DNA of 64,000 nucleotides from Octopus sinensis (taxonomy: Eukaryota): positions 97,712,001-97,776,000 of the forward strand of contig NC_042998.1 in assembly GCF_006345805.1 (NCBI RefSeq), in the 5' to 3' direction. The notes under the pieces are model-generated. The model was given only the letters and a program-made list of their open reading frames with translations, did no database searches and was not told the DNA's origin. Shown piece by piece: positions 1 through 11,187 of this stretch (position 1 is the stretch's first letter; each line of letters opens with the position of its first letter). The position numbers and the translations under genes were made by a program.

Positions 1-235
1 GCTGCGTGTTAAGAAGTTGGCTTCTCAACCACATGATCCTGGGGTCAGTCCTATTGCCTGGCAATGGCTTGTGTGTGGATTTGGTAGAGGGAAACTGAAA
101 ATCACAATGTATGTATGTACACACAGATATATGAATGAATGCATGCATCTATAAGTGTCTATATGTTTGTGTGCATGTGTGATTTTATTGTCTTGTCTTG
201 ACATCACATAAAAGTTGTAAATGATTATTACTGTC
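1..235 (+). mobile_element. tRNA-headed SINE, family A, degenerate partial copy
   Basis: Head 'aagaagttggcttctcaaccacatgatcctggggtcagtcc...gtggatttggtagagggaaactgaaa' matches the many copies in this window (e.g. 24280-24692). Confidence 0.75.
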
Positions 236-254
236 ATAAAGTATTGTTTCTAGA

Positions 255-1862
255 ATAAGAATTGGGTGGAGGAAGTTCAGAGAGCTATTACCTCTGTTGG
301 CAACAAAAGGACTCTCTCTCAGAGAGAAAGGTAAACTGTATGATGCTTGCATGTGAATGGCTGTACTCCATGGTAGTGAGACATGGGCTCAGAATGCAGA
401 AGACATGAGTAGACTGGAGAGAAATGGAGGCAGTATGCTCCATTGTATGCACAAAAGCAGCACACACGTATGACAAAGTGCAAATGTATTGAGAGAAAAG
501 TTGGACATAAGAGGAATTAAATGCAGCATGAAAGAGAGAAGACTACATTGGTTTGGCCATGTGATGCATATGTATGAGGACAGTTGCATAAAGAAGTGCC
601 TGTCACTGAAAGTGGATGGTACCTGCAAAAGAGGGAAACCTAGGAAGATGTGAGATGAAATGGTAAGGTTGATCTCATGAAGTTGGGCCTCACAGAGGAA
701 GTGACAATGGACCAAGATGTCAGGTTATATGAGGCTCTTGAGAAAACCTGCCCATGTCAGCAAAACTGAGTTCTAGAAATGCTGTGTGTCCCACCCACAC
801 TTAACAAGAAAACTTCTCACACACCCTATCACAACAAACCAAACTATATCTCTACATCTCTTCTCTTCCTCACATTTCCACTTCATGCACTAGGCTCACC
901 TCCCATTTCCCAATCCTGTCCTCTTGGCTCTGTCTCACTATATCATATCATTGCTATCTGCTAGCCCCTGACCTGTGTGTTCCACCCACATGTAACAAGA
1001 AATCTGTTCACACACCCTACCCCAACAAACCAATCTACATCTTTACATCTCTTCTCTTCCTCACATTTCCCCCTTCATACACTATGCCTACCTCTCACTG
1101 CCCAATCCTGTCCTCACAGCCTTGTTTCTCTGTATCATTGCTCTCCAGCAGCCCCCACTCCTGCCACTCTATATATACCCAGGTTTTCACCACTCACTTT
1201 TCCACTCTTCTGCACTCTCTAATTCCACTCCTTTCACAATATCCTGCCACTTATGTTTTGACCTTCAAACCACAAGGGCATGCTCTGGCACTTGCCACCA
1301 TCTATATCTCTTTCTTGCTTTACTCAATCATCCCATTTATACTCTGATCCCCATCCATTGTATGTCCGGCACTTTGCCACTATCTCTATCCTGCTGTCTC
1401 CTACTCTCTCTCTCCTTCTTCTGCACTTCCCTCAGGTTAGGTAACCATGTACCTCCTTGCAGCAGCACCCCTCTTTCTGTCTTCATTCCTGATCTTTTTC
1501 TCTCTCTCTCTGGCTGGCTAACTTTGTACCTCTTCTATGCCTGTTTCTGTCTCTCTGTCTTACTATAACCTTTCATCATCTGACACAAGATCACCTCCTC
1601 CAATGCTCCATCTCCTCACAAATGATTTTTGCTTTGCAAGTTACTTGGTGACCCTATCAGTTCAAGTGCCACTTAAAAAGCATCCAGTTCACACTGTAAA
1701 GTAGTTGGTGTTAGGAAGGGCATCCTGCTGTAAAAATCCTGCTAAAACAGTTACAGAAGTCTGTTGCAGGCATCTGCCTGGACAGCTCCTGGCAAACTGT
1801 CCCACCTATGCCAGTATGGAAGGCAGACGTTAAACGATGATGATGATGATGATGATGATGAT
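255..1862 (+). mobile_element. RTE-clade LINE 3' fragment (RT C-terminus) with long 3' UTR and (GAT)n tail
   Basis: Broken frames homologous to the RTE at 13000-13511 (FRELLPLL, GKLYDAC, LHGSETWAQ, RLHWFGHV). It ends in the 'gttaggaagggcatcc...gacgttaaacgatgatgatg' tail. Confidence 0.85.
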
Positions 1863-1904
1863 ACAAGCAGTATCATTCATTTCCAATATACTGCAAGAAC
1901 TTGC

Positions 1905-2045
1905 CTGGCTGCAAGGAAATACTACATCGCTTGGAACTAGGTGAGGGTTTGTGACAGGAAGAGCATCCAGCCATTGAAAAATCTGCCTCAATAAATTCTA
2001 TACAACCTGTGCAAGCATGAAAAAGCAAACTTTAAAATGATGACA
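1905..2045 (+). mobile_element. Short retroposon 3' tail related to the RTE tail
   Basis: 'ggtgagggtttgtgacaggaagagcatccagcc...gcaagcatgaaaaagc...aaaatgatgac'. Same family occurs on the minus strand at 3705-3860, 26255-26440 and 59465-59650. Confidence 0.6.
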
Positions 2046-2178
2046 ATGTTGTTACTGTTGTTGTTGTGGTCAATGATCATCATTATCATAATTGTGGTGG
2101 TGGTGGTGGTGGCGGCGGCGGCGGTGGTGGCGGCAGTGATGGCGGCAGTGGTGGTGATGGTGATGGTGATGATGACTT
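2045..2178. repeat. Compound trinucleotide repeat (GTT/GGT/GGC/GAT)n
   Basis: Direct reading. Confidence 0.9.
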
Positions 2179-2744
2179 CCTTCAGCAAATGATTAACATT
2201 TAAACTAAGCGTAAAATCTGATGGAAGATAGACTGTTTCTTTCACAATCTCTATTAAAAGTACTGGATATATCTTTTTTTCTAATTTTACTCTTTTTATC
2301 CACAAAGGAGTGACTTCCAATCTTGAATTTGCTATAATTCTCAACATTGTCTACAGTCTTTTGATAGGTAATCCGTAATTGGATCTTCCATTTATCATTC
2401 GGTGCTCTTTATAATAAACGCATTATGTACTTACCTTTCCTGTCTACTTTCTCTATTGCTTTGATAGAATGTTTTTGTTTCATAGTTGTTCTTGACAACC
2501 TGTCTTCCTTTTCCATATCTACATTCAATCTTTTATCCTATCCCTTGTCAACCAAAGACACTGGGTACTTCCTTATTAATAATCTAATGCAGCTTTTATT
2601 GATCGTCTTTGTTTAATGATACTATATTATTGCATCAGCAATACTACTTGATGTTAAATCTGCTGCTGCCAGAACTACTCAACCACCTGAGTTAGATTTT
2701 ATTATAATTTGGATATTTATTTCACTACAGACAATGAAGATAAT

Positions 2745-3010
2745 GTTGTTCTCACCATCATCATTGTCATGACTGCCATTATCCTTATCATCATCACCAT
2801 CAGTCATTGTCACCACTTTCATCATCATTATTATCATTACCATTGGCAGCATTGACTGTGGCTCATTGTCATCATTATCATTGTCATTGCTATCATCATC
2901 ATCATCGTCATCATCGTCTTCATCATCATCACTATAATGATGCTGCTGCCATTATTGTCATTGTTATCATTATCATCACTACCAACACCACCATCATCAT
3001 CATCATCAAT
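2745..3010. repeat. Degenerate (CAT)n repeat
   Basis: Direct reading. Confidence 0.9.
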
Positions 3011-3549
3011 TCAATATTCAATTTCCAATGCTGGCATGCATTGAACAGCCTTTCAGTGCAGCAGATTACAAGTCCTCTTAATCTTACATCATAAAGATAC
3101 AAAAGACAGAGAAAATCAAGCTATAAACAACCTTCTAGGCTGACTAAATAAACTATAGCCCTTATATAAAATGTATTTTGTGTCTAGTGAAAAGAAGTAA
3201 TTTGTTTTAGTAAGGGTTTATGTAATTCTATGTTGCTTTTGTTGTTTTATTTTTTTATCTTTAACCAGAGATGGAAGGACAGTGCCTATGACCCTCTCAG
3301 AGTCTATGGGACTGGTAGTGAAAAGGGAGGAAGATGCCCTCAGATGAGAAATATGTCTCAAATGCTTTCAAATTAGTGAATTCCATTAAAGGCACTCCAA
3401 GACCAAGGATATCTGACCCAAATGTTTTCAAAAAAGCAGATTCTATCAAAGACACAAGTATTTGTTTTAAACCAGGAGATGAATCAAGTCAAACACTTAA
3501 GGAGTGGAATGATCCCTTAGATTATTGGACAAAGAGTTTCTGTCTGTGA

Positions 3550-3697
3550 AATTTCATTCACAAGGTTTTGGCAATCTGAAGCTGTGATAGATGAGAATTG
3601 CCCAAGGTGTCACTCTGTGGGATTAAAACCCTAGCCATGTAGTTGCATAACCCCAAACCATATAGTTGCACTGAGAACTTCTCCATACAGCCATACC
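3550..3697 (-). mobile_element. SINE family A head, old copy
   Basis: Reverse complement of the family A head. Confidence 0.6.
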
Positions 3698-3974
3698 CAC
3701 AAATCATCATCATCTAATGTTCAATTTTCCATGCTTGCATGGATCAGATGAAATTTGTTGAAGCAGATTTTCTATAGCTGGAAGCCCTTCTTGTTATCAA
3801 TGCTTACTTGTTTCCAGATAAGGTAAAATTTTCCCATGGTGAGACATGTCTTTCACACAAAATTAGAAACTTGTATGATGCTTGTATGATGGTGATGCTC
3901 GTTTACAACCATCACATGATTTTAAGACAGGTACACACACACACACGTAGACATACATATAAATATACTATAGA

Positions 3975-4128
3975 CTTTATCTGGTTTCTATCTACCAAAT
4001 CCGGTCACAAGGCTTTAATTGACCCAAGGCTAATAGAAGATACTTGGTCAAAGTGACAAGCAATAAGACTGAACTGAACCCAAGACCTCATGTTCAGGGA
4101 ACAAGTTTCTTCACCACACAGCCATAAC
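3975..4128 (-). mobile_element. SINE family A head
   Basis: 'tctaccaaatcc...cacaaggcttt...ttcttcaccacacagcca'. Confidence 0.7.
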
Positions 4129-4234
4129 AGTGCAGTTGATTAAATTTCTATGATTAAATGTCAATTTCCTGCTTGTGACTATTTTAAGGTGGCAAACTAA
4201 CCGAATCATTAGACTGTTAGTAAAATGCTTCTAT

Positions 4235-4620
4235 CTTTTTCTTTTCTTTTACTTTGTTTGATCCATTGGACCTTGGCCATGCTGGGGTACAGTTTTGATG
4301 GGTTTAGCTGAACACATCAACCCAAGACTTATGATTTTTTAAGCCTACTACTTACTCTGTTGATCTGTTTTTGCTGAACCATTAACTTTCAAGGACAAAA
4401 ACAATCCAATACTGGTTGTCAAGCAGTAGCAAGGTGCAAACACAAGCACACACACATATATATACAACAGGCTTCTTTCAGTTTCCATCTACCAAATCCA
4501 CTCACAAGTTTTAGCCAACCTGAAGCTATAGTAGAAAACACCTAAGGTGCTACACAGTGGGACTGAACCAAGAACTATGTGGTTGGCAACCAAACATCTT
4601 ACCACACAGCCATGTCTGTG
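4235..4620 (-). mobile_element. SINE family A, near full length
   Basis: Tail 'ggccatgctggggtac', body 'ggttgtcaagcag' and head 'cttaccacacagcca' are all present in reverse orientation. Confidence 0.8.
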
Positions 4621-5374
4621 CCTACTTCAAAACATTTGTCCTAACTTTCTGCACTCAAAGTTCAAATCCTGCCAAGGCCAACTTTGCCTCAGCTCTCTTT
4701 ATGGAGTTAATAAAGATGTTCCAATCAGAATAGTAGATTGGTAGAGCTATCAGAGGGTTGGGTAAGATGGTTTGTGATATCCATTCTGGTTTTTTGCATT
4801 CTGAGTGAAATACCTGTGAATGACACTGGTGTCAAATTGTCTTGGTCCAAGCTGGTAGCTTCTTCCTTGCATAATGTTCAGTGACATAGGAGAGGGGATA
4901 TTTATCTACATAGGAAACTACCAGTCCCTCTGAAATAAAAACCTTGCATAGGCCCGCATGTACATATGAAACTTTCAATATTAGTTACAGTTAGACTAGT
5001 TAATAGGGTTTTGATTAACTGACTGGACAAAGAGAACATTGTGCAAATAAAAATTGTTTCATTCCCTTTAGTACAACAGGTGCAGCTGGTTTTCTTAGTA
5101 GGTGTTGACCAGTTGGCTAAATAATATAAGCATTATACAGTTAACAACAATATCACATTTGCATTCAGAATGTTCACAGGCTTCAATCAATAAGCTTTAG
5201 AATAATCTTCACAAACAGGAAAATGTGTGTGTGTGTAAAGCCAGAAAGGAACATGGACATTAAATGATGATGATATATGTATGTATCATCATCATTTTCA
5301 TCCAGCGTAGGTATAAACATTTACAAAAAGAGTAGAACACATTTAAAAATGTTAAATAAATATTTCTTTTTCAA

Positions 5375-5612
5375 GCCATGCCAGGCTCATGAGGGCCAGT
5401 TTCCCAATTTCAATGGCGTATATATTCCCCACCTGGACTGGATGCTAGTCTGTCACAGATTACTCCTTTTTGCCAGCTGAGTGGACTGGAGCAATGTGAA
5501 ATGAAGTGTCTTGCTCAAGAACACAACATGTCACCTGGTCCAAGAATTGAAATCGCAATCTTACGATCATGAGTCCAACACCCTAACCACTAAGCCATAT
5601 GCCTCCAGAACA
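5375..5612 (-). mobile_element. SINE family C (tRNA-like head)
   Basis: 'gagcaatgtgaaatgaagtgtcttgctcaagaacacaac...cctaaccactaagcc' is the reverse of the family seen at 37990. Confidence 0.75.
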
Positions 5613-6046
5613 CATTTACGACCTAGGTAATTTGCATAAATTAAACAAGTTGGAGGGGTTAGTACAGTTATTGAGGCAGAAACACATATCCACAACTGTC
5701 TTCTTATGTCCAAGCAATAAGCTTGTCCTTTTTCTTCAATGGCATGTCAACTTTGGAGAAATCTTTATTCTAGAGATTATCTCCCTTTCTCATGTCAAGC
5801 TGTTCTCATTTGCCCTAATTGAGAACAGAGGCAAATACATCCCATAGAGGCAGAGAGGATTTTAATAAATCAAGTATTTATTTTTGTATGGCATTTAATA
5901 TAGCTGTATTTGTCTATGTTACTTATATACATACCACTGGCTACTCAAAGTTTCTTCTTCTAACTTATTTTTGTTTAATATATATGATGAGTACTACCTT
6001 TTTTACAAAAGGTAAAATAAATGCACGCACACACACACACACCTAG

Positions 6047-6200
6047 CCTCTTTCAGTTGACATTGACCAAATTCACTCACAGGGCTTTGGTTGGCCTGGG
6101 GTTATAGTACAAGACAATACCCAAGATGCTGCACAGTGGGACTGAACCTGAGAACATGTAGTTGGGAAGCAAACTTCTTACCCCACAGCCACACCTGCCC
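6047..6200 (-). mobile_element. SINE family A head
   Basis: 'cacagggctttggttggcc...gggactgaacc...cttaccccacagcc'. Confidence 0.75.
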
Positions 6201-6349
6201 CTATCATTCCATACTTGCACCTGTACCTCTAAGTCATTATAAAAGAGAAAAAAAATGCAAGAGCTTCAATGGTGAAATAACATTTTTTTTGTTTAGCCCT
6301 AGTTCAGTCCTGGTTCAAAAGAACTATGATCAAAGTCATTCCTTTTCTA

Positions 6350-7535
6350 CATCATCATCATAATCATCATCATCATCATTGTTAAACATCTGTTTTCCAT
6401 GCTGGCATGGGTTTGACTGTTTGACTGAGGTCTGAAGAGACAGTGACAGCACCAGGCTCCAATTTGATCTGGCAATGTTTCTACAGCTGAACACCCTTCC
6501 TAACGCCAACCACTCCAAGGGTATAGTGGGTGCTTTTTACTTGCCACCAGCACAAGAGCCAGTCAGGAAGGCATAGCATTGATCACATTCAGATAGTGCT
6601 TTTTATGTGCCACCAGCACAGAAGCCAGTGAGTACTGGCATCAGCCACGTTCAGATGGTGCTTTTTACATGCCACTGGCACGGGAGCCAGTCAGGGGGTA
6701 CTGGCATCGGCCACATTCAGATGGTGCTTTTTATGTGCTACCAGCATGGGAGCCAGTCAGACAGACCTGGCATCAACCATATTTGGATGGTGCTTTTTAC
6801 ATGCCACCAGCATGGGAACCAATCAGGGGGCACAGGCCACAGCTATGATATTGGTTTTACTTGACTCAACTGGTCTTCTTAAGCATATCATATCATCTGA
6901 TGCATCAGGGGTACACTTAACTGGGCCAGACATGTATGGCTGCAATCTCATTTTAGTTGCCAGGTCTTCTCAGTCACAGCATATCTCTAAAGGTCTCGGT
7001 CTCCTGTCATTGCCTCTGTGGGGCCCAATGTTCAAAGGTCATGCTTCACCACCTCATTCCATGTCTTTCTGGGTCTATCGATTCCACAGTTTCCTTCCAC
7101 AATTAAGGAGTGGCACTTCCTCACACAGCTGTCCCCATCCATACATAACAAATGATCATACCAGCGCAGTCATTTCTCTTGCACACCACATCTGATGCTT
7201 CTTATGCCTAACTTTTCACTCAGGGTGCTTACATTCTGTCATGTATGCACACTGACATTACACATCCAGCGGATCATACTAGCTTCATTACTTTCAAACC
7301 TATGCATGTCCTCAGCAGTCATAGCCCATGTTTCACTGCCGTGTAGCACACCTGCATCATACAGTCTACTTTTCATCTTGGCTCTTAGTTGCCAGCAGAG
7401 GTAGGAACTCCCTTAACTTTGCCCAGGCTATTCTTATTCTAGCCGCTACACTCTCAGAGCAACCACCCTCACTACAGGCATGGCCGCCTAGGTAGCAGAA
7501 GCTAATAACTACTTTTAGTTTCTCCCACTGGCATG
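6350..7535 (-). mobile_element. 5'-truncated RTE LINE with 3' UTR tandem array and (GAT)n tail
   Basis: RT C-terminus in reverse at 7000-7535, about five ~65-bp tandem units at 6540-6830, and the common tail at 6350-6530. Confidence 0.85.
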
Positions 7536-8033
7536 TGCTCATCAACTTTTAAAGATATATAGGACAATGTTATCCAGTGTGTCAGTTCATTCCCCAAGAA
7601 AGGATACAATTTGAAGGGTGTTTATCTATTTTCTTTTGGCTTTTTTTCAGATCATTGATTCAGCTGTGACACAGAGACTCAGCTGTGACATTGAGAAAGC
7701 TTTATTTTAACTTTAAAATTCCACGCTATAATGTAATAATTAATTGTTGCATAGAGATATAAATATGATAGTGAAACTCATCCTTTACTATGGAGTAGCT
7801 TTGATAAATAGACTGTGAAAACAAATAACAAAGGAAAGTATGCTATATATTCTAAAATAATAATCTATGTCAATTCTTTCATCTATCATATACCAATATA
7901 TCTATCAATATATGTGTGTGTATTTAACACACACGCACACACACATATATATGTATATGATGTGAGTGTGTGTGTAATATATGCATATATATATATATAT
8001 ATACATATACATAAAAATACACATACACACAAT

Positions 8034-8247
<214 letters not shown>

Positions 8248-8422
8248 ATATGAATGTGGTATAACTTCCATATGTTATAAAAATTGAAGTCATAACCACT
8301 CAAAACATTTCTAGGTATGATAAAACAAACTGTGAAAAATATTTGTTAAAACATCATATTTTTAAAGATATCTCAAAGCTGTGAAACATGAAGTAAAGTA
8401 GATATTTCTTTCTTTTTTTTCT

Positions 8423-8801
8423 TTTTACTTGTTTCGGTCATTTTGACTGCAGCCATGCTGGAGCACCGCCTTTAATCAAGGCTTATTCTTTGTAAGCCCA
8501 GTACTTATTCTATCGGTCTCTTTTGCCAAACCGCTAAGTGACGGGGACATAAACACACCGGCATCAGTTGTCAAGCAATGCTAGGGGGACAAACACAGAC
8601 ACACAAACACAAACGCACATACATATATATACATATATACGATGGGCTTCTTTCAGTTTCCATCTACCAAATCCACTCACAAGGCTTTGGTCGGCCCGAG
8701 GCTATAGTAGAAGACACTTGCCCAAGGTGCCATGCAGTGGGACTGAACCCGGAACCATGTGGTTGGTAAACAAGCTACTTACCACACAGCCACTCCTGTG
8801 C
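8423..8801 (-). mobile_element. SINE family A, full-length young copy
   Basis: Complete from tail 'tttacttgtttcggtcattttgactgcagccatgctggagcaccgcc' to head 'cttaccacacagccactcctgtgcc'. CpGs are retained. Confidence 0.9.
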
Positions 8802-8974
8802 CTATCTTTGAAGATGATGAAACTCAAGATGAAAATTGCAATATCGTTTACTAAAATTATTATACTGATAATACACTGCTTTCCATTGTTGCATCATCAT
8901 TTTTTAGAGATGTTTATTGCATTATGTATGACACCACAATCTGTAATCAAGCAACATTTTTTATTTTATTTTCA

Positions 8975-9110
8975 TCATCATCATTATCATTTAATGTCCG
9001 TTTTCCATGCTGGCATGATTAGACAATTTGACTGAAAATGGTAAGTCAGAGCGCTATTCCAGGCTCCAGTGTGTTTTAACTTGGTTTCTATAGCCTAACA
9101 CCAACCATAT
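8975..9110 (-). mobile_element. RTE-type 3' tail fragment
   Basis: 'catcatttaatgtccgttttccatgctggcatg...cctaacaccaacca'. Confidence 0.7.
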
Positions 9111-9560
9111 GGTGGCATATTACAAAAATGTGCAAGAAATTTCACTGCCTTCAATATTTTCTCATGGTGCTACTAAATAATCATGAGATTGAGTTAAAGC
9201 CACTGGCATTGCAGTTAACTGTTGAATAACAACTAATTAGATAGCTGAATTTTGTGAATGAAAAGCAATTACAAGTAGAAGTTTACATAATTATTCTTTA
9301 AGTAGTGGCAGTTAAAATGTGTTTCATTATGTCAAGCCAAAGAGCCATGGCTATTCTCTTTCTATAAGCCCTTCTGATAACAATAAAAATAAATGTAAAA
9401 ATATGTTACAGTTGCAGTTCTATTATCCAAGGAAGGTATTGTGTAGAATGGGTAAAAATGATTCTTGTCCATGGTATGTAGAGTCCGATAAGCGTATATG
9501 TACATAAATATGTATATATCTACACACAGGCATATATATGATTGTATACATGTATGTATA

Positions 9561-9597
9561 CCTGTTGCATGGTCGGGTCGTTGGCGACTAAATCGGC
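9561..9597 (+). ncRNA. 3' half of a candidate HDV-like ribozyme (5' half missing)
   Basis: Strand order P3' GUUG, P1' CAUGGUC, GG, G, P4 UCG-UUGG-CGA, C, UAA, P2' AUCGGC. Confidence 0.5.
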
Positions 9598-10075
9598 AAC
9601 CCCACCAAGCTTGCTTGATGAGGAGGGTGTTTATTGGACACCCTGCGGGATGAAAAACAAAACCTGTCAACGGGCAGAGGAACTCTTGAGAGTCAACGGC
9701 CATCCAATAAATGCCTTAAGGCTGTATCATGCGCGGGGACATAAAAATAATCGGACTGAATACCCGATCACGCGGTTAAACCATTGGGAGTGAAGGACTC
9801 CTAGCCTTTGTTAGGGCATCCTTCTAGGAGAAGGTAACTCAAGAAACTGGGATAACTCCGACATAAAACCTGCGGCTCAGTGGTTACCGATGATGTTGAC
9901 TTGTTCTTCTTTTCGGATTATGGCTGCTGTTGCTTAGTGAGTGGGATTGACTCAGTGCACAGCCTTTCCTCACTTTAAAACAAATCTTCTTGCACAGGCA
10001 TTGCACGATAACAACATTAATTAAGCTTCGTGCAATGGCCATACTCGATAACGAGGGGGCAGCCACCATGTCTAC
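9561..10075 (+). mobile_element. RTE LINE 5' UTR
   Basis: GC/CpG-richer block containing 'gggcatccttctaggagaaggtaactc', which resembles RTE 5' UTRs (recalled). It ends at 'gcagccaccATG' (10068) and lies upstream and in sense to the RTE ORF at 11188. Confidence 0.65.
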
Positions 10076-10933
10076 ATTAATATATCCATTTTATGGGCAT
10101 GTATACAAGTGCCTTTTCTGACTCGTAGATTCTTAAACAAACCATATACATACTCATACACACAGACAATGCACACTAACAATTTACTCATGTCACCATC
10201 ACTAAACTAAGTATATACACAGGTAAACCTTTCTTTACATATCTATATCTAATTTCACATATCAGCATATAGACACAATACTTTCAAAGCACTTGGATTA
10301 TTTAAACCAATATTTTTGCCCGTGGGGAATCCTTTGACAGTTCTCTTGATAGGAAGGGTTGTAACTGACTATTTTTCAGATGACTTGAAAAGACATTAAG
10401 GTTACACTTATACAAACTCGGCCTAATTTTCATTCAATTTAGATTATGCAAAGAGAAGCCTTTAACACCCTAACATAATAATATAAAATAAGACGGTAAT
10501 AATATAATATAGTATCTATCTTCCCATTCTTTACATCAGCCTACATTAATGTAACTCTTATCCAATAAACTACTCTCTGCCCGATCTGAGGTAAGTTTAC
10601 TACTTAATTTTCACCCAATGAAACTAGACTACAAGATATGACCCAAATACACATTCTAAACACTAGCCCCTATCCTACTCTCACAGTGATTTACCAAGTA
10701 TCTCACAAACCTTAACACCCCCATCAAAGACTACTGCTAAAATTAACAATAAGCATTGCACCAATTAACAGTTTATACAACGCTCGAGCTATGTCAGTAC
10801 CTTTAAAGGTAACTTCACCTATCGCTAGAGCGAATCCTTTTTCTTCTTTTATCTCTCCATTTCCTGTTAGGTCAACATAATATCAACATTCTAATAGTGG
10901 TAACTAGATACTCAAACTGCTGCCTACTGTTAT

Positions 10934-10993
<60 letters not shown>

Positions 10994-11187
10994 ACATCCA
11001 CCTTAGTACATCTGACTGTAACGTGTGTCTTGTGTATATATTCATACACACGTGTATATCTTTGTGTGCATGTATGTGAATATATTTATATCTATGAATA
11101 TGTGTGTATGTAAATATGTATGTGTGTGCTAGTGTGTATGCATACACACACACACACACACATATACATATATATATATATATATAA

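Noticed and set aside
3269-3549. Acceptor-like site at 3268 and a 71-aa ORF at 3334
   Set aside because: The ORF frame is closed by a stop between the acceptor and the ATG. The other frames end within 36 codons, there is no good donor and I recognise no homology
7651-7710. Strong plus-strand acceptor followed by IIDSAVTQRLSCDIEKALF*
   Set aside because: Short, contains a local 12-bp duplication and has no supporting exons. T-rich acceptors are common by chance here
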